Below, one piece after another: positions 1 through 8,037 of a stretch of 64,000 bases of DNA. A program made the position numbers and the translations under genes. This stretch comes from a virus: the IMG/VR virus record IMGVR_UViG_3300044731_001604, positions 32,001-96,000 of that record. One strand, written 5' to 3'. A model generated the notes under the pieces. It had not been told where the DNA came from. It did no database searches and saw only the letters and a program-made list of their open reading frames with translations. Positions within the stretch are counted from its first letter, which is position 1, and every line of letters starts with the position of its first letter.

Positions 1-423
1 ATGGTACACTCCATAATGTTGATGGCTATTTGATGAAACAGAATTTACATTTATGTTGTGTTTGTGTTGAACCAATGCACTTTCTGCTGAAAGCAATAAA
101 TGTTTTTCAGCACCATTCGATGCACCTAATACTCTAGTTACAGAACCAGATACTGGATCAGTATAAGTACCAGCACCAACTGGAACTCTGCCAACCAAAT
201 TTGGAATACCAAAAGTTGTTGAACCGTCACCAGCTCCATAAGTTGTACCGTATATACCAAAAAGATTTGGATACAAAGTCCTTGAAACTGGTATACCATT
301 ACACTCTATCCACCCAGGAGGATAGACATTTGAAGACCACGGCTTTACAGTCCCTGGCTTTTCGTAACCAAGGTGGCCTTGCATTGTAGAGTTATTTATA
401 TTTAAACCTGATCTTGCTGCCAT
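1..423 (-). CDS. Tail collar domain protein (3' end runs off the window)
   Basis: Not in ORF track. Hand translation from ATG at 423: MAARSG...PGTVKPWSSNVYPPGWIECNGIPVSRTLYPNLFGIYGTTYGAGDGSTTFGIPNLVGRVPVGAG, a classic phage tail collar motif. Confidence 0.85.
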   Translation of the reverse strand, partial: MAARSGLNINNSTMQGHLGYEKPGTVKPWSSNVYPPGWIECNGIPVSRTLYPNLFGIYGTTYGAGDGSTTFGIPNLVGRVPVGAGTYTDPVSGSVTRVLGASNGAEKHLLLSAESALVQHKHNINVNSVSSNSHQHYGVYH

Positions 424-1577
424 TATGTGTCTTCACAATCCAAATCTGCGTTGTTAGAACCAACATAGTTTATACCAATTTTATTAGTAGAAACTACGTC
501 ATTAAAAGCGCAATCATTTATTCTATTATTCGATCCGTTAACTAATGCACCGACAGTTGATGTATTATTAGTTGAATTAGTTAAGTTAATACGGCAATCT
601 CTAATTCTGCAATAGTTTCCGGTTACAAGAACTGTATAGCTATTGTGCCCAGCTAATGTCTCAATGTTTAAACCGTCTAAAATACATCTGTTACCTAATT
701 CAATATATCCGCCAGATGCAATTTTAATAGCGCCAGAATCAACTGAGCTTGAAAGTTTGTCCATTCCTCGACCTAAAATTTTAATGCCATTAGTTAAAGT
801 AACGCCAGAAGATATGGTAAAAGTTTTCGTTATAAGAATAATTCCGCCACCCAAAGCAGTTAAGTCTGTGATAGCTTGTTGTAATTCTGTTTGATTAGAA
901 GCAAATTTTTCTGGATAAGCAGTTGCGCCAGAAACTAAAACTGCTCCCAATTGAGAAGTAGTTCCTGCTGGCCACATGATACCATGCGGAACAAATAACA
1001 AGTCGTTACCGCGTCTTAAGGCCAATGGAATACTAAATATTGAAGACGAACCAGTAGTAGTTATTTCAAGTTTTGGCATTGCAGTAGACATAGGTTGCTT
1101 AACAACTCTAAATCCAGTGCTAGTTGAACCGCCGTTAATTCCGTTTTCAAGATTGAAAGAACTTCCTTGGTCAACTAACAATGCAGAATCTAATTCTAGA
1201 TAAACTAATTCGCCGTCAGCGATATCAATGTATTCAAAAGTTGTAAGCGTGTTTGTAGCTCCACCTTGAAGTCTTAATACCATAGAGCTATTTACAGAAC
1301 CTTCAGTTGCTAATATTTCCATGCTCATAGAATTAACAAGAGTGTTGGCATCGAAACGAAGCTGTGTTCCAGTCCAAGTGATTTGACCACCTTCAGAATG
1401 AAGTATGTAATTAGTTTTTCTAGACAATTCAGCGATTGCTTTAAAAGTATTTTCTAAAGTAACTAAAGCGTTTTCCTGCTCATCAGAGTTAGCTAAAAAA
1501 GGAATTTGTCTGTCGATTGCTATTTCTGATAATTTAGTATTGCCTTGATTTTTGGGCTGATTAGAATCGTAACTCAT
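423..1577 (-). CDS. Putative tail fibre/virion protein with C-terminal beta-helix-like region
   Basis: Context next to collar gene; C-terminal LQQAITDL..GGGII..GxxCxIxxC repeats typical of right-handed beta-helix. Confidence 0.55.
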   Translation of the reverse strand: MSYDSNQPKNQGNTKLSEIAIDRQIPFLANSDEQENALVTLENTFKAIAELSRKTNYILHSEGGQITWTGTQLRFDANTLVNSMSMEILATEGSVNSSMVLRLQGGATNTLTTFEYIDIADGELVYLELDSALLVDQGSSFNLENGINGGSTSTGFRVVKQPMSTAMPKLEITTTGSSSIFSIPLALRRGNDLLFVPHGIMWPAGTTSQLGAVLVSGATAYPEKFASNQTELQQAITDLTALGGGIILITKTFTISSGVTLTNGIKILGRGMDKLSSSVDSGAIKIASGGYIELGNRCILDGLNIETLAGHNSYTVLVTGNYCRIRDCRINLTNSTNNTSTVGALVNGSNNRINDCAFNDVVSTNKIGINYVGSNNADLDCEDT

Positions 1578-1807
1578 TATTCCCCCCTAAGAAATTTGGA
1601 GATATCAATATTTGCAGCAGTGACTGTTTCGATAGCGTTAGCATTGGCTGGTTCAAATGTAGTAGTCAATATGTCCACTGGAAAAATTATATTCCCAGGG
1701 ATACTTCGTAAAGCCTCAAGCTCTCTAATTCTAGCATCTTTAAGTTCTAAAAGCTTGGTAAGCTCAACAACTTGCTCTCGTAGTAATTGTTCAATTGGAC
1801 TGCTCAT
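1577..1807 (-). CDS. Hypothetical protein, N-terminal coiled coil
   Basis: Coupled by TAATG overlaps to both neighbours. Confidence 0.6.
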   Translation of the reverse strand: MSSPIEQLLREQVVELTKLLELKDARIRELEALRSIPGNIIFPVDILTTTFEPANANAIETVTAANIDISKFLRGE

Positions 1808-2454
1808 TAGAATCCTTTTAAAACATATTTAAGAGTGAGTGGAACCCCTTCTAGATCAGAAGTATATTTTAATTTAACGCTTCCAGATTCCATAACAATA
1901 GAGAGCCAAGCGCTTACATCGTTACCGATTTCTGTAAAGGAATGATCATAAGCAACGGAGCTAAAGCCGTCATTTAATATGTTGAAATCGCCTTTTCTTT
2001 TACGGCCATTACCAGTAGTTCTTTGTAATGTGTATTCGATATTTGCAAATGGTTTAGATGAACCAACGAAAACCAAAGCATCTGCTAACGTAGCTTGGCC
2101 ATCTACTAAGGTGATTGTTAACGGAACTTCGCCGACGCCAGTCCAAATGTTAGCAGCTCTTTGATAAATAGTTGAAGAAGACCCTTGAATAACAATAGCT
2201 ACATCGCCATCTTTTGTTCCGGTATATAATACTTCCCAACTGTTTGGGTTAGTATCGGGCTGTAGACCTACGTTTGAATTTACTTTGGAACGGTACATCT
2301 TTCCAGAGTATTCTAAGCAATTATATTGTGAGTAAGTAGTTGAAACATCCCAGTAATCTACTAGGTTGTTTGAAGAAAATACAATAGCAGCGTTCGCGTT
2401 ATCGGTTAAAGAACCTCGACCTAAAGCTAATGAGTCTATTTTTTGTAATGCCAC
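1807..2454 (-). CDS. Virion protein with CBM5/12-like motif
   Basis: W-x4-Y...Y-x-G-x-x-Y...P-x4-SW motif (YWDVSTTY...YSGKMY...QPDTNPNSWE); late motif upstream. Confidence 0.55.
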   Translation of the reverse strand: MALQKIDSLALGRGSLTDNANAAIVFSSNNLVDYWDVSTTYSQYNCLEYSGKMYRSKVNSNVGLQPDTNPNSWEVLYTGTKDGDVAIVIQGSSSTIYQRAANIWTGVGEVPLTITLVDGQATLADALVFVGSSKPFANIEYTLQRTTGNGRKRKGDFNILNDGFSSVAYDHSFTEIGNDVSAWLSIVMESGSVKLKYTSDLEGVPLTLKYVLKGF

Positions 2455-2524
2455 TTTACTCCTCTCTTTGGGACCATCTGGGCCAAAAGACCAACAAGCA
2501 TTTCTGATTGCAGGAATTATCTAT

Positions 2525-2533
2525 AAGATTAGG
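2525..2533 (-). promoter_or_regulatory. Late-promoter-like motif CCTAATCTT
   Basis: One of 13 copies, all on minus strand, upstream of virion genes. Confidence 0.7.
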
Positions 2534-2580
2534 TTAAACTGCTATATATTACAATATATTAGGGTATATGGCATTTCAGG

Positions 2581-2609
2581 TTGATTTTATTCAAGTTTTG
2601 TGGTAATAT
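2581..2609 (+). promoter_or_regulatory. sigma70-type promoter for the small-gene array
   Basis: TTGATT-17 nt-TAATAT with extended TG. Confidence 0.55.
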
Positions 2610-2677
2610 TATTAGGTGGTGCCGCATACAAAGTTGCTCAAACAATTTGTGCGGAATTGCATTAACATCATTAAGTT

Positions 2678-2869
2678 ATGGAAATAATTATGGAATTATA
2701 TAAGCTTTTAGTTGTTAGAAATAGAGAAAAGAAGGTTATTGCCGAAAACTTGAGCAAAGAAGAGGTGTCTGTAGCAAAGACAGATTGGGCAACTATTTAT
2801 AATAACGACGTTTATTTCGATCCAGTTCCAGTGTTATTGGTTGAAGTGCAGCGTGAGGGTGAAGAATGA
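2678..2869 (+). CDS. Hypothetical protein heading the array (not a family member)
   Basis: ORF track; ATGA overlap with first family gene; start could be 2690. Confidence 0.6.
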   Translation: MEIIMELYKLLVVRNREKKVIAENLSKEEVSVAKTDWATIYNNDVYFDPVPVLLVEVQREGEE

Positions 2870-3066
2870 GGAAACGCGAGCAGGCAGAAGTACATAACGC
2901 CTTGTTCTATCAAGTAAGGTACATTCTAGATGTAATTCAAGAACCTGAAGAAGTTACAGAATATACTATTATGGATATCTTGTTAGATAATCGACTCAGA
3001 CCTGTTGATGTTGCTGAGTTGCAAAAGCAAGTAAGATATTTTATTGCGAATCGGAATATAAGGTAA
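2866..3066 (+). CDS. MKKRxQ-family small protein A1
   Basis: MRKREQ start, 66 aa. Confidence 0.75.
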   Translation: MRKREQAEVHNALFYQVRYILDVIQEPEEVTEYTIMDILLDNRLRPVDVAELQKQVRYFIANRNIR

Positions 3067-3070
3067 ATAT

Positions 3071-3268
3071 ATGGTCAAAAGAAGGCAGCTAAGTGATTTT
3101 CTTAAAAAGTATCTCTACAATAAGCTTTATAGCCAGTCTATGATCACAACTGAATACGTTTGGGACAAAGTATGGTACAGCACTAGACCTGATCTCTACC
3201 TATTGCTTCATGTTAATATCGAAATAGAAATTACTAAACACATAAGACAAATTAAGGCCACTAAATGA
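3071..3268 (+). CDS. MKKRxQ-family small protein A2
   Basis: MVKRRQL start. Confidence 0.75.
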   Translation: MVKRRQLSDFLKKYLYNKLYSQSMITTEYVWDKVWYSTRPDLYLLLHVNIEIEITKHIRQIKATK

Positions 3269-3456
3269 GGAAAAGAGACCAGATTGATGATTCTAAATTT
3301 TTTTGGCGATTAGTTGACCGCACCTTATCTTGGCGCATAGACGATGAACTTGGGGCATATCTTAGATGGCAATTTCGCGACAATTTAGATGATAACCTTT
3401 ACTATCACTTGTATAGACACATAAGCGATTTCTTAAGGCAAGAGGAATTAAAATGA
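3265..3456 (+). CDS. MKKRxQ-family small protein A3
   Basis: MRKRDQI start, 4-residue periodicity, ATGA overlap. Confidence 0.8.
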   Translation: MRKRDQIDDSKFFWRLVDRTLSWRIDDELGAYLRWQFRDNLDDNLYYHLYRHISDFLRQEELK

Positions 3457-3632
3457 GAAGAAGAAATTCAATTGATGCATACCATAGACTATTGCTCTCT
3501 CTTGCTAAGAATTCAGGTAAAGTCGTAAAAGATGACTATTTTAACAGACTTATGGATATAGTTCGCGAAGGGGCTAACCAAGAAATGAAAATTAAGCTCT
3601 ATGCCTATTTAAAAGATGTGAGGTCAAAATGA
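3453..3632 (+). CDS. MKKRxQ-family small protein A4 (59 aa)
   Basis: Not in track; MRRRNSIDAY...; ATGA overlaps at both ends. Confidence 0.7.
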   Translation: MRRRNSIDAYHRLLLSLAKNSGKVVKDDYFNRLMDIVREGANQEMKIKLYAYLKDVRSK

Positions 3633-3811
3633 AGAAACATATTCACATGGACGACATGTTTTATATAAAAATGCATACAGCCATAAAGTCTAGATTAGAT
3701 GATAGTTTGTACGATAGATTGTATTTTATATTTTTAGACGACAAGATGAATTGCATTAGGCGTGAATTGAGAAGACATATAGCAAATTCTCTCGTAAGAT
3801 GGCACAGATGA
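3629..3811 (+). CDS. MKKRxQ-family small protein A5
   Basis: MKKHIHM start, periodic LDDSLYDRLY core. Confidence 0.7.
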   Translation: MKKHIHMDDMFYIKMHTAIKSRLDDSLYDRLYFIFLDDKMNCIRRELRRHIANSLVRWHR

Positions 3812-3987
3812 GAAAACGAGAATTTATTGAAAAAAATTTTCATGAAAAAATCTATGAAAAATACCACGATCAACTTGATGCAAATTTGCATTTTAAATTA
3901 CACCAAAAAATATACCACGAACTACGTGAAGACATTTATTGGGAATTATATAAACAAGTTAGGAACATAGTAGCTAATTGGAGCTAA
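3808..3987 (+). CDS. MKKRxQ-family small protein A6
   Basis: Start revised to MRKREFI (ATGA overlap). Confidence 0.75.
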   Translation: MRKREFIEKNFHEKIYEKYHDQLDANLHFKLHQKIYHELREDIYWELYKQVRNIVANWS

Positions 3988-3988
3988 T

Positions 3989-4174
3989 GTGAAGAAACGT
4001 AAGCAATTAGATAAATTCTTTTTCAGAACACGAATGAGGTTGAATAAAGACATACCATTTCGTTTATATTCTAGTGGCCGCGTAAATCATTATATTGATT
4101 CATCTTTGACAAACAATTCTGTATGTAGCGGTATTATATTGTTAATTAAATCAGAAATCGAGGGCGAAGAATGA
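3989..4174 (+). CDS. MKKRxQ-family small protein A7
   Basis: GTG start, KKRKQL. Confidence 0.7.
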   Translation: MKKRKQLDKFFFRTRMRLNKDIPFRLYSSGRVNHYIDSSLTNNSVCSGIILLIKSEIEGEE

Positions 4175-4383
4175 GGAAGAGGGAGAGGGCCAACCTTCAG
4201 GTTAGAAGGTTAGTAGATTACATACCATGCGATATACTTACGGCTGGGTTAACAAGCAGAATCAGCTTTAAAGCCGCTGATATGTATGATATACTTAAAG
4301 TGGGTATTATTAATAGGCTTATACATTGCATACAAGACTATGATTCAAAAAAGGCATCAAATGAGGCGAAGAGAAATACTTAA
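4171..4383 (+). CDS. MKKRxQ-family small protein A8
   Basis: MRKRER start, ATGA overlap. Confidence 0.7.
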   Translation: MRKRERANLQVRRLVDYIPCDILTAGLTSRISFKAADMYDILKVGIINRLIHCIQDYDSKKASNEAKRNT

Positions 4384-4570
4384 CCAGCAGTTTTATATTT
4401 GGAACGAAAGCCAATGGATTGATAAGCTTTGGTATCAACTTGGAAGCGAGAGAACTAAGGTATTGATACCATTTATTAAAAACCATATTGGTGTTGAACT
4501 TAAAGAACAGATATATGGACAGCTTAAGTGTAATTTGAGATTACATGTAAGAAATACTGAAGGGATTTAA
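4361..4570 (+). CDS. MKKRxQ-family small protein A9
   Basis: Start revised to MRRREIL inside track ORF 4286..4570. Confidence 0.7.
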   Translation: MRRREILNQQFYIWNESQWIDKLWYQLGSERTKVLIPFIKNHIGVELKEQIYGQLKCNLRLHVRNTEGI

Positions 4571-4571
4571 G

Positions 4572-4751
4572 ATGATAAAAAGAATTCCTATTTCTAGTGA
4601 AAAGATTAGCGATAAGCTTTTTGATATGGTGTATAGTCAACCTTATTATGGAATGCGAAAGCGTATTCGTAATCAACTTAGTGTTAAGCTCAGTAACCAA
4701 TTATATCAGGAATTGATTTTGCCTATTGCCTATCAAAAGAGGGTTAATTAA
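4572..4751 (+). CDS. MKKRxQ-family small protein A10 (59 aa)
   Basis: Not in track; MIKRIPI...IRNQLSVKLSNQLYQEL...QKRVN. Confidence 0.75.
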   Translation: MIKRIPISSEKISDKLFDMVYSQPYYGMRKRIRNQLSVKLSNQLYQELILPIAYQKRVN

Positions 4752-4752
4752 T

Positions 4753-5001
4753 ATGAAAAAGCGAAAACAGTTGGAGAATCAGTTCGGGTATCAGTTGGGG
4801 TATGAGTCGGTGAATCAGTTGGTGAATCAGTTGAGGTATCAGTTGGTGTATCAGTTGGTGTATCAGTTGGTGTATCAGTTGGAGAATCAGTTGGTGAATC
4901 AGTTGGAGAATCAGTTGAGGTATCAGTTGAGGTATCAGTTGAGGGATCAGTTGGTGAATCAGTTGAGAAAAACTGAAACTGTTTACAAGAGGGTTAATTA
5001 A
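4753..5001 (+). CDS. MKKRxQ-family small protein A11, near-perfect (QLxx)n repeat
   Basis: Start revised to MKKRKQL at 4753; 82 aa. Confidence 0.75.
   Translation: MKKRKQLENQFGYQLGYESVNQLVNQLRYQLVYQLVYQLVYQLENQLVNQLENQLRYQLRYQLRDQLVNQLRKTETVYKRVN
4768..4968 (+). repeat. 12-bp tandem repeat CAGTTG-RDG-DAT, 16 units plus a partial
   Basis: Read directly; encodes QL[VERG][NYD]; two units carry point changes (QFGY, ESVN). Confidence 0.95.
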
Positions 5002-5002
5002 T

Positions 5003-5185
5003 ATGAAAAAGCGAAAACAAATTGCAGACATATCATTTAATGTTTTCAGAGAAGCATTTATTACACAGATTTATAAAAAAAGTGACTTAAAGTATAATTG
5101 CATAATTGATGAGCAACTGACCTCTAAATTAGTAAATCAGACTCTTGGATATCAAATACGATACTTGATTATAGGTTTGTTCTAA
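5003..5185 (+). CDS. MKKRxQ-family small protein A12
   Basis: MKKRKQI start. Confidence 0.75.
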   Translation: MKKRKQIADISFNVFREAFITQIYKKSDLKYNCIIDEQLTSKLVNQTLGYQIRYLIIGLF

Positions 5186-5365
5186 ATGGTTAAAAGAATC
5201 CCACTCAAAGACGGATTATATGTTAAAATAGACAGTGCTTTTAACTGCCAGTTAGAGTACAAAGTCTATACGCTGCTTCGTGAAAAGCTTTTCGTTGTTC
5301 TTTGGGACGAAATTAGGGATCAACTTGAAAGAAATGTCAGAATATCTTTAAAAAACAGGGCATAA
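5186..5365 (+). CDS. MKKRxQ-family small protein A13 (59 aa)
   Basis: Not in track; MVKRIPL...LWDEIRDQLERNV. Confidence 0.75.
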   Translation: MVKRIPLKDGLYVKIDSAFNCQLEYKVYTLLREKLFVVLWDEIRDQLERNVRISLKNRA

Positions 5366-5366
5366 G

Positions 5367-5540
5367 ATGAGGAAAAGAGAGCAGATTGATAACATTTTAT
5401 TTGTTCAATTTACAGATGTGCTTAAAGACTCATTTGGGGACAATGTAAGCATGCCATTTTTTTATAAGATAATGCTGGCATTACAAGGGGAATTAGTTGG
5501 CGAACTTTATAGACAATTAGAATCACAGGTGTTGAGATGA
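5367..5540 (+). CDS. MKKRxQ-family small protein A14 (57 aa)
   Basis: Not in track; MRKREQIDN. Confidence 0.75.
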   Translation: MRKREQIDNILFVQFTDVLKDSFGDNVSMPFFYKIMLALQGELVGELYRQLESQVLR

Positions 5541-5734
5541 AGAAACGAGAACAACTGATAACTAACTTATATTTTAAATTTTATAAGAAATATAACGATT
5601 TGCCAAATGAGGAAACTTTTGATATAATCAACGGAGAACTTGGCGATAAGTTAAATAGACAGATTTGGTATCCTGTTCGTGGGGAGTTATTCGATCAACT
5701 TTATTGTCATACTATTAAGAAAGAAGCGAAATGA
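5537..5734 (+). CDS. MKKRxQ-family small protein A15
   Basis: MKKREQL start. Confidence 0.8.
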   Translation: MKKREQLITNLYFKFYKKYNDLPNEETFDIINGELGDKLNRQIWYPVRGELFDQLYCHTIKKEAK

Positions 5735-5940
5735 AAAAACGAGTTCAAATACCTGGGCATCTTGGTGACAAATTGTGGGAACAACTGGCTTACACCATGA
5801 GCGGTCAATTAAGATTCAAGCTTAAAATGGTTTTAGCAAACTCTAGTTTAGTTGATGAATATGACACTGCTGCGGCGCATTGCCACCTTAGAAAAAATGT
5901 TTATTGCCACCTTAGATTTAACAGTGGGATTAGAAAATGA
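5731..5940 (+). CDS. MKKRxQ-family small protein A16
   Basis: MKKRVQI start. Confidence 0.8.
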   Translation: MKKRVQIPGHLGDKLWEQLAYTMSGQLRFKLKMVLANSSLVDEYDTAAAHCHLRKNVYCHLRFNSGIRK

Positions 5941-6107
5941 GACAACGCGATCAAATATATAGACATTTTTCTTCGCATTTAGATTATGAACTAAAGTGTT
6001 TGTATAGAAATCAATTTGATGAGTGGTTGTTTTATCATATTGGGCGAAACATAGGAAATACTGTCAAGTATGATCTTATTAATTTGCAGGAATTGTTGGG
6101 AAAATGA
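5937..6107 (+). CDS. MKKRxQ-family small protein A17 (56 aa)
   Basis: Not in track; MRQRDQI; ATGA overlaps at both ends. Confidence 0.75.
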   Translation: MRQRDQIYRHFSSHLDYELKCLYRNQFDEWLFYHIGRNIGNTVKYDLINLQELLGK

Positions 6108-6295
6108 GAAAGCGCGAAGAAATAAGTGTTATAAACAGCATAGACCAGATTTCTAGAAACAAAATGCTTATTCAAGTAGGTACGCCTGTACGTAATCAGA
6201 TTGTTAGCAGATTGCGCGACAATCTTTTAAATGAACTATTAGACCAACTGTATATGCATACGGCTTATTACCTCAATGAGAGGGTGACAAAATGA
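6104..6295 (+). CDS. MKKRxQ-family small protein A18
   Basis: MRKREEI start. Confidence 0.8.
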   Translation: MRKREEISVINSIDQISRNKMLIQVGTPVRNQIVSRLRDNLLNELLDQLYMHTAYYLNERVTK

Positions 6296-6489
6296 AAAAA
6301 AGGATTGAGATTGATTCCATGGTTTTTGATAAGATTCAGGAGCATCTTTTTAATTTTTATTTCGATAAGAGAATTGATCGGTCGCTATACAAGAAATTCT
6401 TAGATGATCTTGAGGAATCTGACGCAAACAATTCCGTCAATCTTATAATGTCGGCAGTAATTTGGCGCATTGAAAGGGAAACACTATGA
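6292..6489 (+). CDS. MKKRxQ-family small protein A19
   Basis: MKKRIEI start. Confidence 0.8.
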   Translation: MKKRIEIDSMVFDKIQEHLFNFYFDKRIDRSLYKKFLDDLEESDANNSVNLIMSAVIWRIERETL

Positions 6490-6683
6490 AAAAACGTGAT
6501 CAAATTAACTATCAACTTTATGAGCTATACTTTGAATTTAATAAACTGTATCCAAAGTTATCATCAACAAATGATTATTACGTAATTAATACTGCAACAA
6601 GAACAGCACTTTATGATATGTTTTACGGTGAAATTAGATGGCATCTTAAAGGTTTTGTGAGAGATTTTAAGGGTTTGTCATGA
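6486..6683 (+). CDS. MKKRxQ-family small protein A20
   Basis: MKKRDQI start. Confidence 0.8.
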   Translation: MKKRDQINYQLYELYFEFNKLYPKLSSTNDYYVINTATRTALYDMFYGEIRWHLKGFVRDFKGLS

Positions 6684-6874
6684 TAAAGCGTAAGCAGATT
6701 AACGACAAAGTACATAGTAGACTACTCAAAGTGTGCTTTTCTAAATTAAAATTACCCAACAATGTTTACTTCGCAATTCATGACAGGCTTACTGAAAAAC
6801 TATATGAAATTAGTTGGGGGCAGATTAGAAGCAAGGTTTACGACGAAATACATATGATAAGTAAAGTGAATTAA
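6680..6874 (+). CDS. MKKRxQ-family small protein A21
   Basis: MIKRKQI start. Confidence 0.8.
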   Translation: MIKRKQINDKVHSRLLKVCFSKLKLPNNVYFAIHDRLTEKLYEISWGQIRSKVYDEIHMISKVN

Positions 6875-6875
6875 A

Positions 6876-7067
6876 ATGACTAAAAGATATCAATTAACAG
6901 ACAGATTATATACCAGCGTACTAAGAGTATACATGCCGTCCTCTTCTTGGGTATATGACATGCTGCTTGATGAAATTTATAATCCCATTTATTTACAACT
7001 TAGGGATCAACTTAGAGAACACGTTCGCAACAGTATCGAATCGTTAAAGCAAAGTGAACTAAAATGA
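6876..7067 (+). CDS. MKKRxQ-family small protein A22
   Basis: MTKRYQL start; LQLRDQLREHV. Confidence 0.8.
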   Translation: MTKRYQLTDRLYTSVLRVYMPSSSWVYDMLLDEIYNPIYLQLRDQLREHVRNSIESLKQSELK

Positions 7068-7261
7068 TTAAAAGAGAGCAGATCGACAGCCAGATAGATA
7101 TTATATTATATGCATACGTTGATGAACAAATTTATTATCAATTGGATAAGCTTTTTGAAAATTTCTTGAGAGAAGAGCTTGATGACCAATTATATACGGA
7201 GCTTGATATAAATCTTCGTCTTGAGCTGTACAGATATCTAAATAATGGGGTATTAAGATGA
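7064..7261 (+). CDS. MKKRxQ-family small protein A23
   Basis: MIKREQI start; strong 4-residue periodicity. Confidence 0.8.
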   Translation: MIKREQIDSQIDIILYAYVDEQIYYQLDKLFENFLREELDDQLYTELDINLRLELYRYLNNGVLR

Positions 7262-7443
7262 AGAAGAGAGAATGTTTAGAGATGAAATTAGGTGATAAAC
7301 TAGCTTTCAAATATTATAATGAGTTACAAGATGGCCAACACCATTTAATATACGCTCATGTAAAAAAAACTCTCGTGAAAGAGGTTCACCAAAATGTTAG
7401 AACTCAGCTAAGTGCCTATCTGAGAGCAGAGGTACCAAAGTGA
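7258..7443 (+). CDS. MKKRxQ-family small protein A24
   Basis: MKKRECL start. Confidence 0.8.
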   Translation: MKKRECLEMKLGDKLAFKYYNELQDGQHHLIYAHVKKTLVKEVHQNVRTQLSAYLRAEVPK

Positions 7444-7661
7444 TAAAACGCGAGCAGATTGATAGTCATATATATACTTTTATCTATGATGATTTATACA
7501 ATCAGCTATATGGTCAAATTAGCGTCACGTGCGGTAAATGGACATTTGACTATGTTTACAGTAGTTTAACTTTGCAGTATTATAACTTATCATCAGATGG
7601 CCAGTACAGCTCTTTGGTAAACATCGTTTTAACTGATCTAGAGAAAAAGGTGTTGAAATGA
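7440..7661 (+). CDS. MKKRxQ-family small protein A25
   Basis: GTG start, IKREQI; GTGA overlap. Confidence 0.75.
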   Translation: MIKREQIDSHIYTFIYDDLYNQLYGQISVTCGKWTFDYVYSSLTLQYYNLSSDGQYSSLVNIVLTDLEKKVLK

Positions 7662-7837
7662 GAAAAAGAGAGCAGATTGACAACACATTGGATGACAATA
7701 TAAGAGACATTTTGAATGTCAGCTTGGGCTCTAACTTTAGAAATCAAATGTTTTCACGTATTTATAGAAATGTTAGCGCAAGGGCTGATCTGCTACATTT
7801 TATATATTACTATATAAGTACACAAAAGGTTAAATAA
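7658..7837 (+). CDS. MKKRxQ-family small protein A26 (59 aa)
   Basis: Not in track; MRKREQIDN. Confidence 0.75.
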   Translation: MRKREQIDNTLDDNIRDILNVSLGSNFRNQMFSRIYRNVSARADLLHFIYYYISTQKVK

Positions 7838-8037
7838 TGAGGAAAAGAGTACAGATAGACAGACAAATTAATGAGAATCTCAGAGACCCTTTTTACGTAA
7901 AGCTTAGTAATCAATTTAATTATTATGCTTACAATGACATTAGGTCTAACCTATACCCAGAACTTTTCTTGATTGTATACGATCAATTATATAATAATAT
8001 ATATTATGTCATGAGAGAATTGGTAGTGTCAAAATGA
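7837..8037 (+). CDS. MKKRxQ-family small protein A27
   Basis: MRKRVQI start. Confidence 0.8.
   Translation: MRKRVQIDRQINENLRDPFYVKLSNQFNYYAYNDIRSNLYPELFLIVYDQLYNNIYYVMRELVVSK

Larger units (their letters stand above)
4737..5019 (+). repeat. 33-bp direct repeat pair flanking gene A11
   Basis: AAGAGGGTTAATTAATATGAAAAAGCGAAAACA at 4737-4769 and 4987-5019, identical, 250 nt apart. Confidence 0.95.

Noticed and set aside
4768-4968. CRISPR array
   Set aside because: Contiguous 12-bp units with no unique spacers, in-frame coding, and no cas genes in the window
4744-5031. Antisense ORF (QLIH/QLIP)n as a real gene
   Set aside because: Open because CAGTTG is nearly palindromic and the repeat has no stops in that frame; no RBS or promoter seen
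7000-7010. Telomere-like TTAGGG
   Set aside because: Isolated copies explained by Leu-Arg-Asp codons CTT AGG GAT
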